From: Mobula hypostoma | Taxonomy: Eukaryota | NCBI RefSeq assembly: GCF_963921235.1 | Contig: NC_086097.1 | Coordinates: forward strand, 19,098,001-19,162,000 | Reading direction: 5' to 3' | DNA length: 64,000 nucleotides | Shown here: positions 51,595-64,000 of the stretch, one piece after another | How positions within the stretch are numbered: the first letter of the stretch is position 1 | Layout of the letters: each line of letters starts with the position of its first letter | The notes under the pieces: generated by a model | Databases searched by the model: none | The model's input: the letters and a program-made list of their open reading frames with translations, nothing else | What the model was told of the DNA's origin: nothing | Position numbers and translations under genes: made by a program

Positions 51595-53059
51595 TATATT
51601 TCAGTTCTTGAATTTAAATTCCCCAGCTGCCCTGGATTAACAATCAGTGATCCAGGGAGTTGGGCACCGCTCCACCAGCTTTTACCTCTTAAACGTTGTT
51701 ACTTCCAGTGCTACAGAACGTGTGCGACAGCTTTCTAGTAGTCAAAAATCTAGGAAATTTGACTAAAAACATCACTAAAAATAATTTTTCTGAAGTAAGT
51801 TGTGCTAAATTATCGCTGCAAACAGTGACAGTGCAAGCAATGGCAATGTGAGTTTGGAGATGAGCCTCGATGATGTGTTGCAGAATCGTTGCAAATTGAG
51901 TTCCGATGCCCGTACAGATGGCCGAGGAGTGAGAGCATTGAAAGGACAAGTCAGGTCCTGGGCAGAGGAGAATCAGTGCCCATACAACTGGCCCAGGAGT
52001 GAGGCTGGATCATTTCAGGCGCCGAACTGATTTGAAGATTTTGAGAGTGGCTTCAGTCTGGGTAGCGAAATCAGGGTAGGGAGCAAGTTGATGGGCTGTG
52101 TGGTCTAGGTCCTGAGCCCTTTGATGCTGTGATGCCTGCTTCCTAGTGCGAGGTACATATGATTTGCTGCTTAGACAATTTAAATGCCGACCCAGATCGA
52201 AAATGAGAGCCAGTTTTACTCTCCTTCCCCCATGACGTTCACTCCTCTCTCCAGGGTTCCGGATCCTTTCGTTGTTCCATTGTTTGGTCAATTTAAACAT
52301 CAGCCCATATAGACTGAAAGGACAGGGTGTTGGTTGGGACAAGAGCCGATTTTGCTTGTTCTCCGCGATGGCCTTCTCCACGGTGCTGAGGCTGTAAAGA
52401 CTGCCCCGGTTACTGTGCTTCATGCCCACTAATGTAATGAGCTGACAAGTGAGGCTCTCAGCCCGCTCTGGACTGATCTGGGGTTCAGATCTGAGGACCC
52501 AGTTTGATTTGGAACACTGTTGTCCACTTAATTGTTTGCATGATTTGTATTTTTTTTTCTCTTGCATATCGAGTGTTGGTCTTTTATTTTGATTTTTATT
52601 CTTTTTTTTCTTTAATTGGGTTCTTTCTGCTTTCTTGCTTTGTGGCTACCTGTGAGCAAACAAATCTCAAGGTTGTTTAATTTATAAATTCTTTGAAAAT
52701 AAAGATACTTGAATCTTGAAGCTGCCACAGCTATTTCTTCTAGAAGTTCATTCCTGCTACAGACCACTCCCTATGTGAAAAAGTTACTCCTCAGATTCTT
52801 ATTAAATCTCACTCCTCTCACCTTTAACCTATGACGTCAAGTTCTTCATTCCACAACTCTGGCAAAAAGACTGTGAGATCACACGAAAAAATAGCTTTGA
52901 ATGCACTGTCTAAGCAAAATTCTTCCTCCAGTTATAGATCTCTGAATCATATATGGTTTCTCCTGTTTTGATTGTATTTTCTGGGTTTCTAGCTCCTACT
53001 GCATTGGATGCCTATGTCTTACTATTCTCCCACAATAAACTATTCCTGAAAACAGGTGA

Positions 53060-55525
53060 TCTATAGCTTTTGAAAAGCTTCTAGTTACCGAGTGTGAAAT
53101 ACATTCAAGAGCTGCTTTCTGTAGATGATATTGTAGAATTTTGTTTTAGTTTCACCCCCCTAAGGACACACATTGTATCAAAAGGACAGGCAGGTAGGCA
53201 GAGAGAATGAGTGGTTCTATTGATATAGAAATGAAATCAAATCCTTTGAAGGAGGTGACAAAGGATTGGAGGATGTTGAACACTTGCAGATAGTTATAAA
53301 CCTGCAAGGGTAAAATGGCTGGAGGTTCTGGAAGCAATTCAGAAGAAGCTGGATAGATGCATCCTAAAGAAGAAGTGTTTTAGAGAGATGATAAGGCAAA
53401 CATGGCTGGTGCTGGAAGTCAAAGACTGCTTAAAAGCAGAAGGGGGGGTGTATGATATAGCAAAAATTATTGGGAAGTTAGAAGCTTGGGATGCTTTTAA
53501 AAACCGACTAAAAACAACTAAAAAGCAATAAGGAGCGAAAAGATGGAATTTGAAGGTAAGCTGGCTATCAAGAGGGTACCAAAAGTTTTTCAGATATATA
53601 AGGAGTAAAAGAGAGGCAAGGGTAATATGGGCTGCTAGAAAATGACACTGGAGAGGTAATCAGAGGGGACAAGGAAATGGTGGATGAGCCAAATAAGTAT
53701 TTTGTGTCAGTCTTTACTGAGGAAGACACTAGCAGTATGCCAGAAATTTTAGGGTGTCGAGGGTCAGAAGTGAGTGTAGTTGCTATTATTAAGGAGAAGG
53801 TGCTTGGGACTCTGAAAGGTCTGAAAGTAGATATGTCATCTGGACCAGGTGGACTACACCCCAAGATTCTGAAAGAGGTAGCTGACGAAATTGTTGAGCA
53901 ATTAGCAATGATCTTTCAAGAATCACTAGATTCTGGAATGACTCCAAAGGAGTGGAAAATTGCAAATATCGCTCCATTCTTTAAGAGAGAGAGGCGAAAG
54001 AAAGGAATTATTTATTTATTTATTTATTTATTTAGAGATACCACGCAAACAGACGCTTCCAATCCAACAAGCAACAAACCAATTGGTTGCCGGTTCAGTG
54101 TTCAAATTTATTATCCAAGTCTGTATACCATACAGAACGTTCTTGCAGGCATCCACAAAAGAAAGTAGCAAACAGAAAAAGCCACACACAGCAAAGACCA
54201 GCAAACATCTGATGTGCAAATGAGGACAAGTCGTGCAAATAGTTTTTAAAAAAAAGCAAACAAATAACACACAGAACATGAGCTGCAGAGGGGTCTCCGA
54301 AAATGAGTCTACAGTTGTAGGGTCAGTTCAGTGCTGAGGCGAGTGAAGGCAGTCCAGGGGCCCAATGGCTGCAGGGCTACAACTGCTCCCGAACCTGACA
54401 GCCTGGACCCAAGACTCCTGCACCACCCGCCCGATGGTAGTAGCGAGAAGAGAGGGAGACGGGTTGAGTGCGGGCTGACAGCGTTAAGGTCTGGTTCATG
54501 TTCTGCACTCCAGCTTCAACATTTTAATCTGGCTCAACACTATAATCAGCGTGGAGTAGTGGAGTTGAGCACGGGTTCATTTTCTGCTCTTGGGCTTTGT
54601 CACTTTAATTGGCATGGTGCAATGGGACTCGACACTCTCAGGCCTCAATGCTTTAATCTGGCATGAAGGCCATTCCAGCAATGGCTGACCTTCATCTTCA
54701 CAGTGCCATACCTGCAGTCCTGAGGGTCAAGTTCACTGAATCCTCAGGACATCTTAAAATCACTAGTTTGTTTAGATGGTTCAAAAGCACATTCCTTAAA
54801 GGGAAATTGCAAGTTGGGTATAGCAGTGAAATTAGTTCAGATGTAGTATATCTCATAGAGTAGCTAATCACAAACAAGAGAAGATCTGCAGATGCTGGAG
54901 AGACCTGCGTGTGGCTAATGGGGTATCTAGTAGTTCTGTGAGCTGCCTGCAAAAACATTGTTGTATTTCACAGACACCATCCTAAACCAGGTTGAGTCAG
55001 TGTTAAGGAAGGCAAATGCAATGTTAGTATTCATTTGAGAGGACTTGAATACAAAAGCAAGGATGTAATGACAAGACTTTATAAGGCTTTATAAAGCTTT
55101 GGGCAGCCACATTTGGAGCATTGCGAACATCATCGCTGAGAAAGGATGTGCTGACATTGGAGAGGGTCCAGATGAAGTTCACAAGAATGATTCCAGGAAT
55201 GAAAGGGTCAACGTATGTGGAGCATTTGATAATTCTGGGCCTCTACTCACTGGAGTCTAAAAGAAGGAGGGGGAAGGATCGTGTTGAAAGTTTTCAAATA
55301 TTGAAAGGCCAAGGGGATGTGGAAAGGATGTTTCCTATGTCTAGGGCCAGAAAGTTCAGCCACAGAATGAAGGAGGAATTTAATTAGCCTGATAGCAGTG
55401 AATCTGTGGACTTCATTGCCACAGACATCTGTGATAGCCAATCAATGGGTATATTTAAAGCAGAGGTTGATACTGTAGGTTGTTTAGTAATGGTATCAAA
55501 GGTTACAAGGAGAAGGCAGAAGAAT
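53060..55525 (+). mobile_element. Decayed CR1 ORF2 pieces (53060-54008, 54975-55525) with intervening repeat ends
   Basis: ORF 53677..54168 NKYFVSVFTEED..SSGPGGLHPKILKEVA; ORF 55121..55387 LRKDVLTLERVQ. Confidence 0.8.
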
Positions 55526-55577
55526 TGTTATTTATTTATTTATTCATTTATTTATATGATGTGGAATATGATTTTCT

Positions 55578-58500
55578 GGGTAATTATAGACCAGTGAGCC
55601 TTATGTCTGTGGTGGGAAAGCTGTTGGAAAAGATTCTTAGAGATAGGATCCCTGGGCATGTAGAGAATCATGGTCTGATCAGGGACAGTCAGCATGGCTT
55701 TGTGAAGGGCAGATCGTGTCTAACAAGCCTGATAAGGGTTCTTTGAGCAGTAGACCAGGCACATAGATGAGGATAGTGCAGTGGATGTGAACTATATGGA
55801 TTTTAGTAAGGCATTTGACAAGGTTCCACATGGTAGGCTTATTCAGAAAGTCAGAAGGCATGGGAACCAGGGAAGTTTGGCCAGGTGGATTCAGAATTGG
55901 CTTGCCTGCAGTTGTGGTGGAGGGAGTACATTCAGATTGGAGGATTGTGACTAGTGGTGTCCCACAAGGATCTGTTCTGGGATCTCTACTTTTCGTGATT
56001 TTAATTAACGACCTGGATGTGGGGGTAGAAGGGTGGGTTGGCAAGTTTGCAGATGACACAAAGGTTGGTGGTGTTGTAGATATGTAGAGGATTGTCAAAG
56101 ATTGCAGAGAGACATTGATAGGATGCAGAAGTAGGCTGAGAAGTGGCAGCTGGAGTTCAACCCGAAGAAGTGTGAGGTGATACACTTTGGAAGGACAAAC
56201 TCCAAGGCAGAGTACAAAGTAAATGGCAGGATACTTGGTAGTGTGGAGGAGCAGAGGGATCTCGGGGTACATGTCCACAGATCCCTGAAAGTTGCCTCAC
56301 AGGTAGATAGGGTAGTTAAGAAAGCTTATGGGGTGTTAGCTTTCATAAGTCAAGGGATAGAGTTTAAGAGTCGCGATGTAATGATGCAGCTCTATAAAAC
56401 TCTGGTTAGGCCACACTTGGAGTACTGTGTCCAGTTCTGGTCGCCTCACTATAGGAAGGATGTGGAAGCATTGGAAGAGGTACAGAGGAGATTTATCAGG
56501 ATGCTACCTGGTTTAGAGAGTATGCATTATGATCAGAGATTAAGGGAGCTAGGGATTTACTCTTTGGAGAGAAGGAGGATGAGAGGAGACACAAAAAGTG
56601 GTAAGGTGAAAAGTAAAAGTGGCAGGCCAGCAAATCCAGGGCAAAAATCAAAATGGGCCACTTTTCAACATAATCGTATAAGGGCTAAGAGTGTTGTAAA
56701 AGCAAGCCTGAAGGCTTTGTCTGTCAATGCAAGGAGCATTCGTAACAAGGTGGATGAATTAAAAGTGCAGATTGTTATTAATGAATATGATATAGTTGGG
56801 ATCACAGAGACATGGCTCCAGGGTAAACAAGGATGGAAGCTCAACATTCAGGGATATTCAATATTCAGGAGGGATAGACATGAAAGAAAAGGAGGTGGGG
56901 AGCATTGCTGGTTAGAGTGGAGATTAATGCAATAGAAAGGAAGGACATTAGCTGGGAGGACGTGGAATCGATATGGGTAGAGCTGCATAACACCAAGGGG
57001 CAGAAAACGCTGGTGGGAGTTGTGTACAGGCCACCTAACAGTAGTAGTGAGGTTGGGGATGGCATTAAACAGGAAATTAGAAATGCATGCAATAAAGGAA
57101 CAGCAGTTATAATGGGTGACTTCAATCTACATATAGATTGGGTGAACCAAATTGGTAAGGGTGCTGAGGAAGAGGATTTCTTGGAATGTATGTGGGATGG
57201 TTTTCTGAACCAACATGTCGAGGAACCAACTAGAGAGCAGGCCATTCTAGACTGGGTTTTGAGCAATGAGGAAGGGTTAATTAGCAATCTTGTCGTGAGA
57301 GGCCCCTTGGGTAAGGGTGACCATAACATGGTGGAATTCTTCATTAAGATGGAGAGTGACATAGTTAATTCAGAAACAAAGGTTCTGAACTTAAAGAAGG
57401 GTAACTTTGAAGGTATGAGACGTGAATTAGCTAAGATGACTGGCAAATGATACTTAAAGGGTTGACGGTGGATATGCAATGGCAAGCATTTAAAGATCGC
57501 ATGGATGAAATACAACAATTGTTCATCCTAGTTTGGCAAAAGAATAAACCAGGGAAGGAAGTGCACCCGTGGCTGACAAGGGAAATTAAGGATAGTATCA
57601 ATTCCAGAGAAGAAACATACAAATTAACCAGAAAAAGCGGCTCACCTGAGGACTGGGAGAAATTCAGAGTCCAGCAGAGGAGGACAAAGGGCTTAATTAA
57701 GAAAGGGGAAAAGGTTATGAGAGAAAATTGGCAGGGAACATAAAAACTGACTGTAAAAGCTTTTATAGATATGTGAAAAGAAAAAGATTGGCTAAGACAA
57801 ATGTAGGTCCCTTACAATCAGAAACATGTGAATTGATCATGGGGAGCAAGGACATGGCAGACCAATTGAATAACTACTTTGGTTCTGTCTTCACTAAGGA
57901 GGACATAATTAATCTTCTGGAAATAGTAGGGGACCGAGGGGCTAGTGAGATGGAGGAACTGAGGGAAATACATGTTAGTGGGGAAGTAGTGTTAGGTAAA
58001 TTGAAGGGCAGATAAATCCTCAGGGTCAGTTGGTCTGCATCCCAGAGTGCTTAAGGAAGTAGCCCAAGAAATAGTCGATGCATTAGTGATAATTTCTCAA
58101 AACTCTTTAGATTCTGGACTAGTTCCTGAGGATTGGAGGGCAGTAACCCTGCTTTTTAAAAAAGGAGGAAGAGAGAAACCAGGGGATTATAGACCCGTTA
58201 GCCTAACATCGGTGGTGGGGAAAATGCTAGAGTCAGTTATCAAAAATGTGATAACAGCACATTTGGAAAGTGGTGAAATCATCGGACAATGTCAGCATGG
58301 ATGTGCGAAAAGAAAATCATGTCTGACGAATCTCATAGAACTTTTTGAGGATGTACCTAGTAGAGTGGATAGGGGAGAACCGGTGGATGTGGTATATTTG
58401 GATTTTCAAAAGGCTTTTGACAAGGTCCCTCACAGGAGATTAGTGTGCAAACTTAAAGCACACTGTATTGGGGGTATGGTATTGATGTGGATAGAGAATT

Positions 58501-59928
58501 GGTTGGCAGACAGGAAGCAAAGAGTGGGAATAAACGGGACCTTTTCAGAATGGCAGGCAGTGACTAGTGGGGTACCACAAGGCTCAGTGCTGGGACCCCA
58601 GTTGTTTACAATATATATTAATGACTTAGACGAGGGAATTAAATGCAGCATCTCCAAGTTAGCGGATGACATGAAGCTGGGCGGCAGTGTTAGCTGTGAG
58701 GAGGATGCTAAGAGGATGCAGGGTGACTTGGATAGGTTAGGTGAGTGGGCGAATTCATGGTAGATGAAATTTAATGTGGATAAATGTGAGGTTATCCACT
58801 TTGGTGGCAAAAACAGGAAAACAGATTATTATCTGAATGGTGGCCAATCAGGAAAAGGGGAGGTGCAACGAGACCTGGGTATCATTGTACACCAGTCATT
58901 GAAAGTGGGCATGCAGGTACAGCAGGCGGTGAAAAAGGTGAATGGTATGCTGGTATTCATAGCAAGAGGATTCAAGTACAGGAGCAGGGAGGTACTACTG
59001 CAGTTGTACAAGGCCTTGGTGAGACCACACCTGGAGTATTGTGTGCAGTTCTGGTCCCCTAATCTGAGGAAAGACATTCTTGCTATAGAGGGAGTACAAA
59101 GAAGATTCACCAGATTAATTCCTGGGATGGCAGGACTTTCATATGATGAAAGACTGGATCGACTAGGTTTATACTCGCTGGAATTTAGAGGATTGAGGGG
59201 GGATCTTATTGAAACGTATAAAATCCTAAAGGGATTGGACAGGCTAGATGCAGGAAGATTGTTCCCGATGTTGGGGAAGTCCAGTACAAGGGGTCACAGT
59301 TTAAGGATAAAGCGGAAGCCTTTTAGGACCGAGATGAGGAAAAACTTCTTCACACGGAGAGTGGTGAATCTGTGGAATTCTCTGCCACAGGAAACAGTTG
59401 AGTCCAGTTCATTGGCTATATTTAAGTGGGAGTTAGATATGACCCTTGTGGCTAAAGGGATCGGGGGTATGGAGAGAAGGCAGGTACAGGGTTCTGAGTT
59501 GGATGATCAGCCATGATCATACTGAATGGCGGTGCAGGCTCGAAGGGCCAAATGGCCTACTCCTGCACCTAATTTCTATGTTCCTGTGTTTCTATGATAG
59601 AGGTATACAAGATATTAAGGGGAATAGATAGAGTGGATAGCCAGCGCCTCTTCCCCAGGGCACCACTGCTCAGTACAAGAGGACATGGCTTTAAGGTAAG
59701 GGGTGGGAAGTTCAAGGGGGATATTAGAGGAAGGTTTTTACTTGGTGCATGGAATGCACTGCCTGAGTCAATGGTGGAGGCAGATACTCTAGTGAAATTT
59801 AAGAGACTGCTGGACAGGTATATGAAGGAATTTAAGATGGGGGGTCATATGGGAGGCAGGGTTTAAGGGTCGGCACAACATTGTGGGCCAAAGGGCCTGT
59901 ACTGTGCTGTACTATTCTTTGTTCTATT
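55578..59928 (+). mobile_element. Outer CR1 (same subfamily as 7432-9146), split at 56590/59594
   Basis: ...RRRMRGD| at 56590 resumes as |MIEVYKILRGIDRVDSQ at 59594, as in the uninterrupted copy at 8820-8880. Confidence 0.95.
56591..59596 (+). mobile_element. Inner CR1: nearly full-length ORF2 (EN+RT) and 3' UTR, disabled
   Basis: [60 protein letters not shown] over ORFs 56177-59516; several frameshifts and a TAG at 58761; TTTCTATG tail. Confidence 0.96.
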
Positions 59929-60654
59929 CTGTCCATAACACCAGTGAACACCAATATTCGGTACTCTATGTGACAACATGACTACATTGACCACCTGATG
60001 GATTTACAAGCCTTCTAAAAGTATGCCACATTTATGAAGCCAGTTAAGATGAGTCAAACAGACCCCGTTGCTGTACGATTCTAGTGAACCTCAGTCGTTT
60101 TGATCATCCATAACTTTTTCTGCATTGTTAATTGAAGATATTGCATGTCTGCATATTAACTGCATAGTGGGGAAGAGTATTGAATAGAGCTTCCAGCGAC
60201 AAGAGTCATCCAGTGAGTACAGGAATCCATTTGCTGGAGTCTCTCCTGTATGAAATGGGTAATTGTATATTTGGCCAAAGAATGGGTTTGAGTCAACTTC
60301 AATATATTATAATATGCAATGTGCTGATAGCTCAATTATAAACCTCATTGTTAGACATAGTTACAGTTTGCGGCAGATGGTATGAAATCCATTAACAATA
60401 TGAATCAATTATACTGTAATGGACCTGGTTGTTACTGTAGCAGAGTAAATGAACCAGCTTAGGTAAAGTTTAGCTATGAGAATTTTAATTTCTTCTGAAA
60501 CTTCTCCATTATGTTTTTTTTTTCATTCTCGTACAGATATGTCGTGCTACATTTCATTGTGTGTTAGTTATTTCCAGGGAAAGCACTGAAGCATAATAAA
60601 ATGGATATGGTCAAACTCACTGAAGGTTTCCCAAATGATAGTGACAAAGGTAAC

Positions 60655-61100
60655 CTACCCTTGCTCTGCAACTATTAACATGGTTGACTACACCATCCTT
60701 AACCAACATCTCTCCATGCTTGTCCATTCTGGGTGGAACCAGCCATATTTGAGTTGCCTGTCCATCAGTCTAGACAGAAACCATCGTCTAGCTTCTGCTC
60801 ACACCCCGACACCCCTAGGGATCTATCCCCGACACACTTCTGTGTCACATTCATGTGCAGCCTGGGCAACATCTCTCCAAATACATGCCATTAGCTTCTG
60901 TGTGAACGGTGATGACATCCATCCCCACCTCACCTCCAGCACCCGATCCTTTGTCCAACTGATGAGCAGATGTTTCCTCCAAGTAACCCATCAGGAAGAT
61001 TAAAGCCCTGTCACTGATCTCTGTCTCCCAGTCATGCTCTTCCTCCCAATACAGAACGGAACCAAACTGATCTCTACGGTGTTCTTAGTGTTTGGGCCCT
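60655..61100 (+). mobile_element. Ancient L2-type RT remnant
   Basis: SATINMVDYTIL and HAISFCVNGDDIHPHLTS resemble the L2 motifs SAAFDTVDHTIL and HGISFHCYADDTQLYLS. Confidence 0.55.
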
Positions 61101-61189
61101 ACACCCAATCCAAATCATGTAGCCTCCTATTTCCGCTATTGTTTGTGCTACATTAAAGGCACTATGTAAATGCAAATTATTAGACCATA

Positions 61190-61746
61190 CACTCAGTGGC
61201 CATTTCCTAGTTACCTCCTGTACCTAATAGAGGCTACTGAGTGTATGTTTGTGGCCTTCTATTACCTTAGCCCATGCACTTCAAGATTCAATAAGTTATA
61301 CATCCAGAGATTGTTTTCTGCACACCACTGTTTTACATGTGGTTATTTGAGTGGCTCTTTCCTTCCTGTCAACTTGAACTAATCTGGCCATTTTTCCCTG
61401 ACCTCTCTCATTGATGAGGTGCTTTCATCCACAGAACTCCCACACACTGGATGTTTTTTTTTGTTTCTCATTCCATTCTCTGTAAACTCTAGAGACTGTT
61501 ATGTATGAGATTCCTAGGAGATCAGCAGTTTCTGAGATACAGAAATCACCCTGTCTGGAACCAGTAATTATTCCACGGTCAAAATCACTTAGATTGCATT
61601 TCTTCCCGATTCTGATATTTGGTCTAAACAACTGAAGCTCTTGACGATGTCTGTGTGCTTTTATGAACTGAGTTGCTGCCACGTGATTGGCTGATTAGGT
61701 ATTTGCATTTATGTACAGGAGTACCTAATAAAGTGGCCACTGAGCA
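61190..61746 (-). mobile_element. Tc1/mariner deletion derivative, same family as 51057-51594
   Basis: TA|CACTCAGTGGCCA ... TACCTAATAAAGTGGCCACTGAG; ORF 61425..61682 NLSDFDRGIITG..ISETADLLG..VSRVYREW. Confidence 0.9.
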
Positions 61747-62129
61747 TAGACCAGTACAGGCTCTTCAGCTTGCAATACTGTGCCAAGCTCTTAACCTAAC
61801 CCTTCCCTCCCACATAGCTCTCCATTTTTCTTTCATCCATATGCCTATCTAAGGGTCTCTTAAGTGTCCCTACTGTGTCTGCCTCTACAACCACCCCCAG
61901 TAGTGTGTTTTGTGCACTTACCACTCTCTATGTGAAGAACCTACTTCTGGCATCCCCTCTAATCTTTCCTCCTGCCCTCTCATATTAGCCATTTCCACCC
62001 CGGGAAAAAGGTGCAGACTGTCCACTCTGTCTATGCCTCTTATCATCTTGTATACCTCTATCAAGTCCTCCTTTGCTCCAAGGAGAAAAGCTTTCGCTTA
62101 CTCAACCAATCCTCATAAAAGAAGACTGT

Positions 62130-62705
62130 TGGAGTCTCTATTTCCTGAGGAGACTGAGGTCCTTTAACATCTGTCGGGCGATGCTGAGGATGTTCTACAA
62201 GTCTGTGGTGGCCAGTGCTATCATGTTTGCTGTTGTGTGCTGGGGCAGCAGGCTGAGGGTAGCAGACACCAACAGAATCAACAAACTCATTCGTAAGGCC
62301 AGTGAATGTTGTGGGGATGGAACTGGACTCTCTGACGGTGGTGTCTGAGAGGAGGATGCTGCCCAAGTTGCATGCCATCTTGGACAATGTCTCCCATCCA
62401 CTACATAATGTACTGGGTGGGCACAGGAGTACATTCAGCCAGAGACTCATTCCACCGAGATGCAACGCAGAGCGTCATAGGAAGTCATTCCTGCCTGTGA
62501 CCATCAAACTTTACAACTCCTCCCTTGGAGGGTCAGACACCCTGAGCCAATAGGCTGGTCCTGGACTTATTTCCTGGCATAATTTACATATTATTATTTA
62601 ATTATTTATGGTTTTATATTGCTATATTTATACTCTATTCTTGGTTGGTGCAACTGTAACGAAACCCAGTTTCCCTCGGGATGAGTGAAGTCTGACTATG
62701 ACTAT
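62130..62705 (+). mobile_element. Rex1-like LINE 3' fragment
   Basis: LYFLRRLRSFNIC..FYKSVVASAIMFAVVCWG; HPLH..RHRKSFLP..IKLYN; (GACTAT)n tail. Confidence 0.9.
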
Positions 62706-63160
62706 TATTGTGCTAATCGGGGTTATGCCACTGCCTTCCCTGTGTGACAGTGGTAATAGAGGACTGATGGGATAGGTTTAAAAGCCGGCACTGACTCAAT
62801 GGGCTGAGTGGCCTCTGATCATAACTGCATAGGAAATGGTTAAATTTGGATTATGAGCGATTATGTGAAATGTTCCGAAGTTAGGCTGATAGTTGCTGCT
62901 GCTGCAATACATGCAAGGGAGGCTTAGGTTGTCTGTGTGTGGTAATGTTACAAGTCAGGGCAGGTGAGAGATCATCCCAATATATTAACCCACTATTGGG
63001 ATCCTACGTCATTGTTGCTACATTTATAGCAACCACTCCAACGGTGGAAGATACAAGTCAATTTTGCTCTTCCTCCATACTCATTGTGTTCTTTGAATGG
63101 GAAACTGAACTGGTACAATTTCAAGGCTTTTCACCTTTTGTTTCAGATGGTGCCCACAGT

Positions 63161-63442
63161 ACGGCACAGTAGCATAGTGGTTAGTGCAATGCTTCATAGA
63201 AGCCAGCAGTAAGGTCGGGGTTCAAATCCCACCACTGTCTGTAAGGAGTATTTGTGGTTTCCCCATGACCATGTGGGTTAGGGTTTAGCAGGTTGTAGAC
63301 ATTTCATGTTGTCGCTAGAAGCACGGCGATACTTGCAAGCTGTCCAGCACAATTTTCACCGATTTAAATTGACACAAAAAGACCCATTTCACTGTATGTT
63401 TCGATGCACATGTGACCAAATAAAGCCAATCTTTATCTCTTT
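63161..63442 (+). mobile_element. V-SINE-type SINE with Rex-like tail
   Basis: ggcacagtagcatagtggttag A box, gggttcaaatcc B box, tail tttcactgtatgtttcgatgcacatgtgaccaaataaagc. Confidence 0.82.
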
Positions 63443-63719
63443 AAGACTCTGGATAAGAGCAAAGAAATTCTTCCCCAGTGGTCTGGCCAATCAACGTTCA
63501 TGTGACACCACTGACTCTGGGAGCTTGGTGTGCGTCAACTGTCTCCATTACAACTGTGACTATAACTTCAGAAAGTACTGCTGGAAGTCCTGAGATCACT
63601 GAGGTGTTTCATATAGGCAAGCCTTTCTTTCCACGCGGCTGTCAATCAAAGGTTACAACTGAGGGCCTGGCATTGATGGGTTGACCTGAGCAAGTGCCAG
63701 TGGACGGTTAACAGCACCA

Positions 63720-64000
63720 GGTCAGGATGAAGCTGGAAAAGCTGGATGATTGCAGGGATGGCAAGTTTGTGCCAAGGAGGGGATGAGCACTGTTCGACTA
63801 TACAGCCCAGGGCCATATGGGATATAATCCAGATTACTATGGGAAGCGATTGCTGCATCTTTGACAGTGACCTTGGCATCCTCATTGACAACAGGACTAG
63901 TATCAGATGATTGGAGGATGGCAACTGTTATTCCTTTGTTCAAGAAAGGGAATAGATATAACCCCAAGAATTATGGACCAGCAAGTCTTATGTCTTACAC
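63720..64000 (+). mobile_element. CR1 ORF2 fragment running off the right edge
   Basis: gattggaggatggcaactgttattcctttgttcaagaaaggg (DWRMATVIPLFKKG). Confidence 0.85.

Noticed and set aside
52010..52567. 185-aa minus-strand ORF
   Set aside because: No recognisable domain; overlaps a repeat ending in a LINE-like aataaa/cttgaa tail at ~52700.

Overview
Vertebrate genomic DNA, not prokaryotic. The repeat repertoire (several CR1 LINE subfamilies with short tandem tails, V-SINE-type SINEs, Penelope-derived fold-back elements, Rex1-like LINEs, RTE-derived short elements) points to a cartilaginous fish, probably a ray or skate; this is inference, not a database result. Most of the window is nested, decayed transposable elements: CR1 (ORF1 SGNH esterase, APE endonuclease, RT), Rex1-like, Penelope GIY-YIG, one internally deleted hAT with a perfect 8-bp TSD, two Tc1 deletion derivatives, SINEs and a SINE-derived minisatellite. 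I recognise no host protein-coding gene; one CpG-rich unique island (~23.5-23.85 kb) may be a minus-strand exon. The most interesting signal is an in-phase U_UUA_AAC slippery heptamer immediately before the ORF1 stop in two diverged CR1 copies, with an ORF2 frame lacking any AUG for 193 codons, suggesting -1 ribosomal frameshifting. Also notable are minimal hammerhead ribozyme relics in Penelope termini. Boundaries of decayed elements are approximate (tens of bp) unless a TSD or TIR is quoted. No new multi-gene system is supported.
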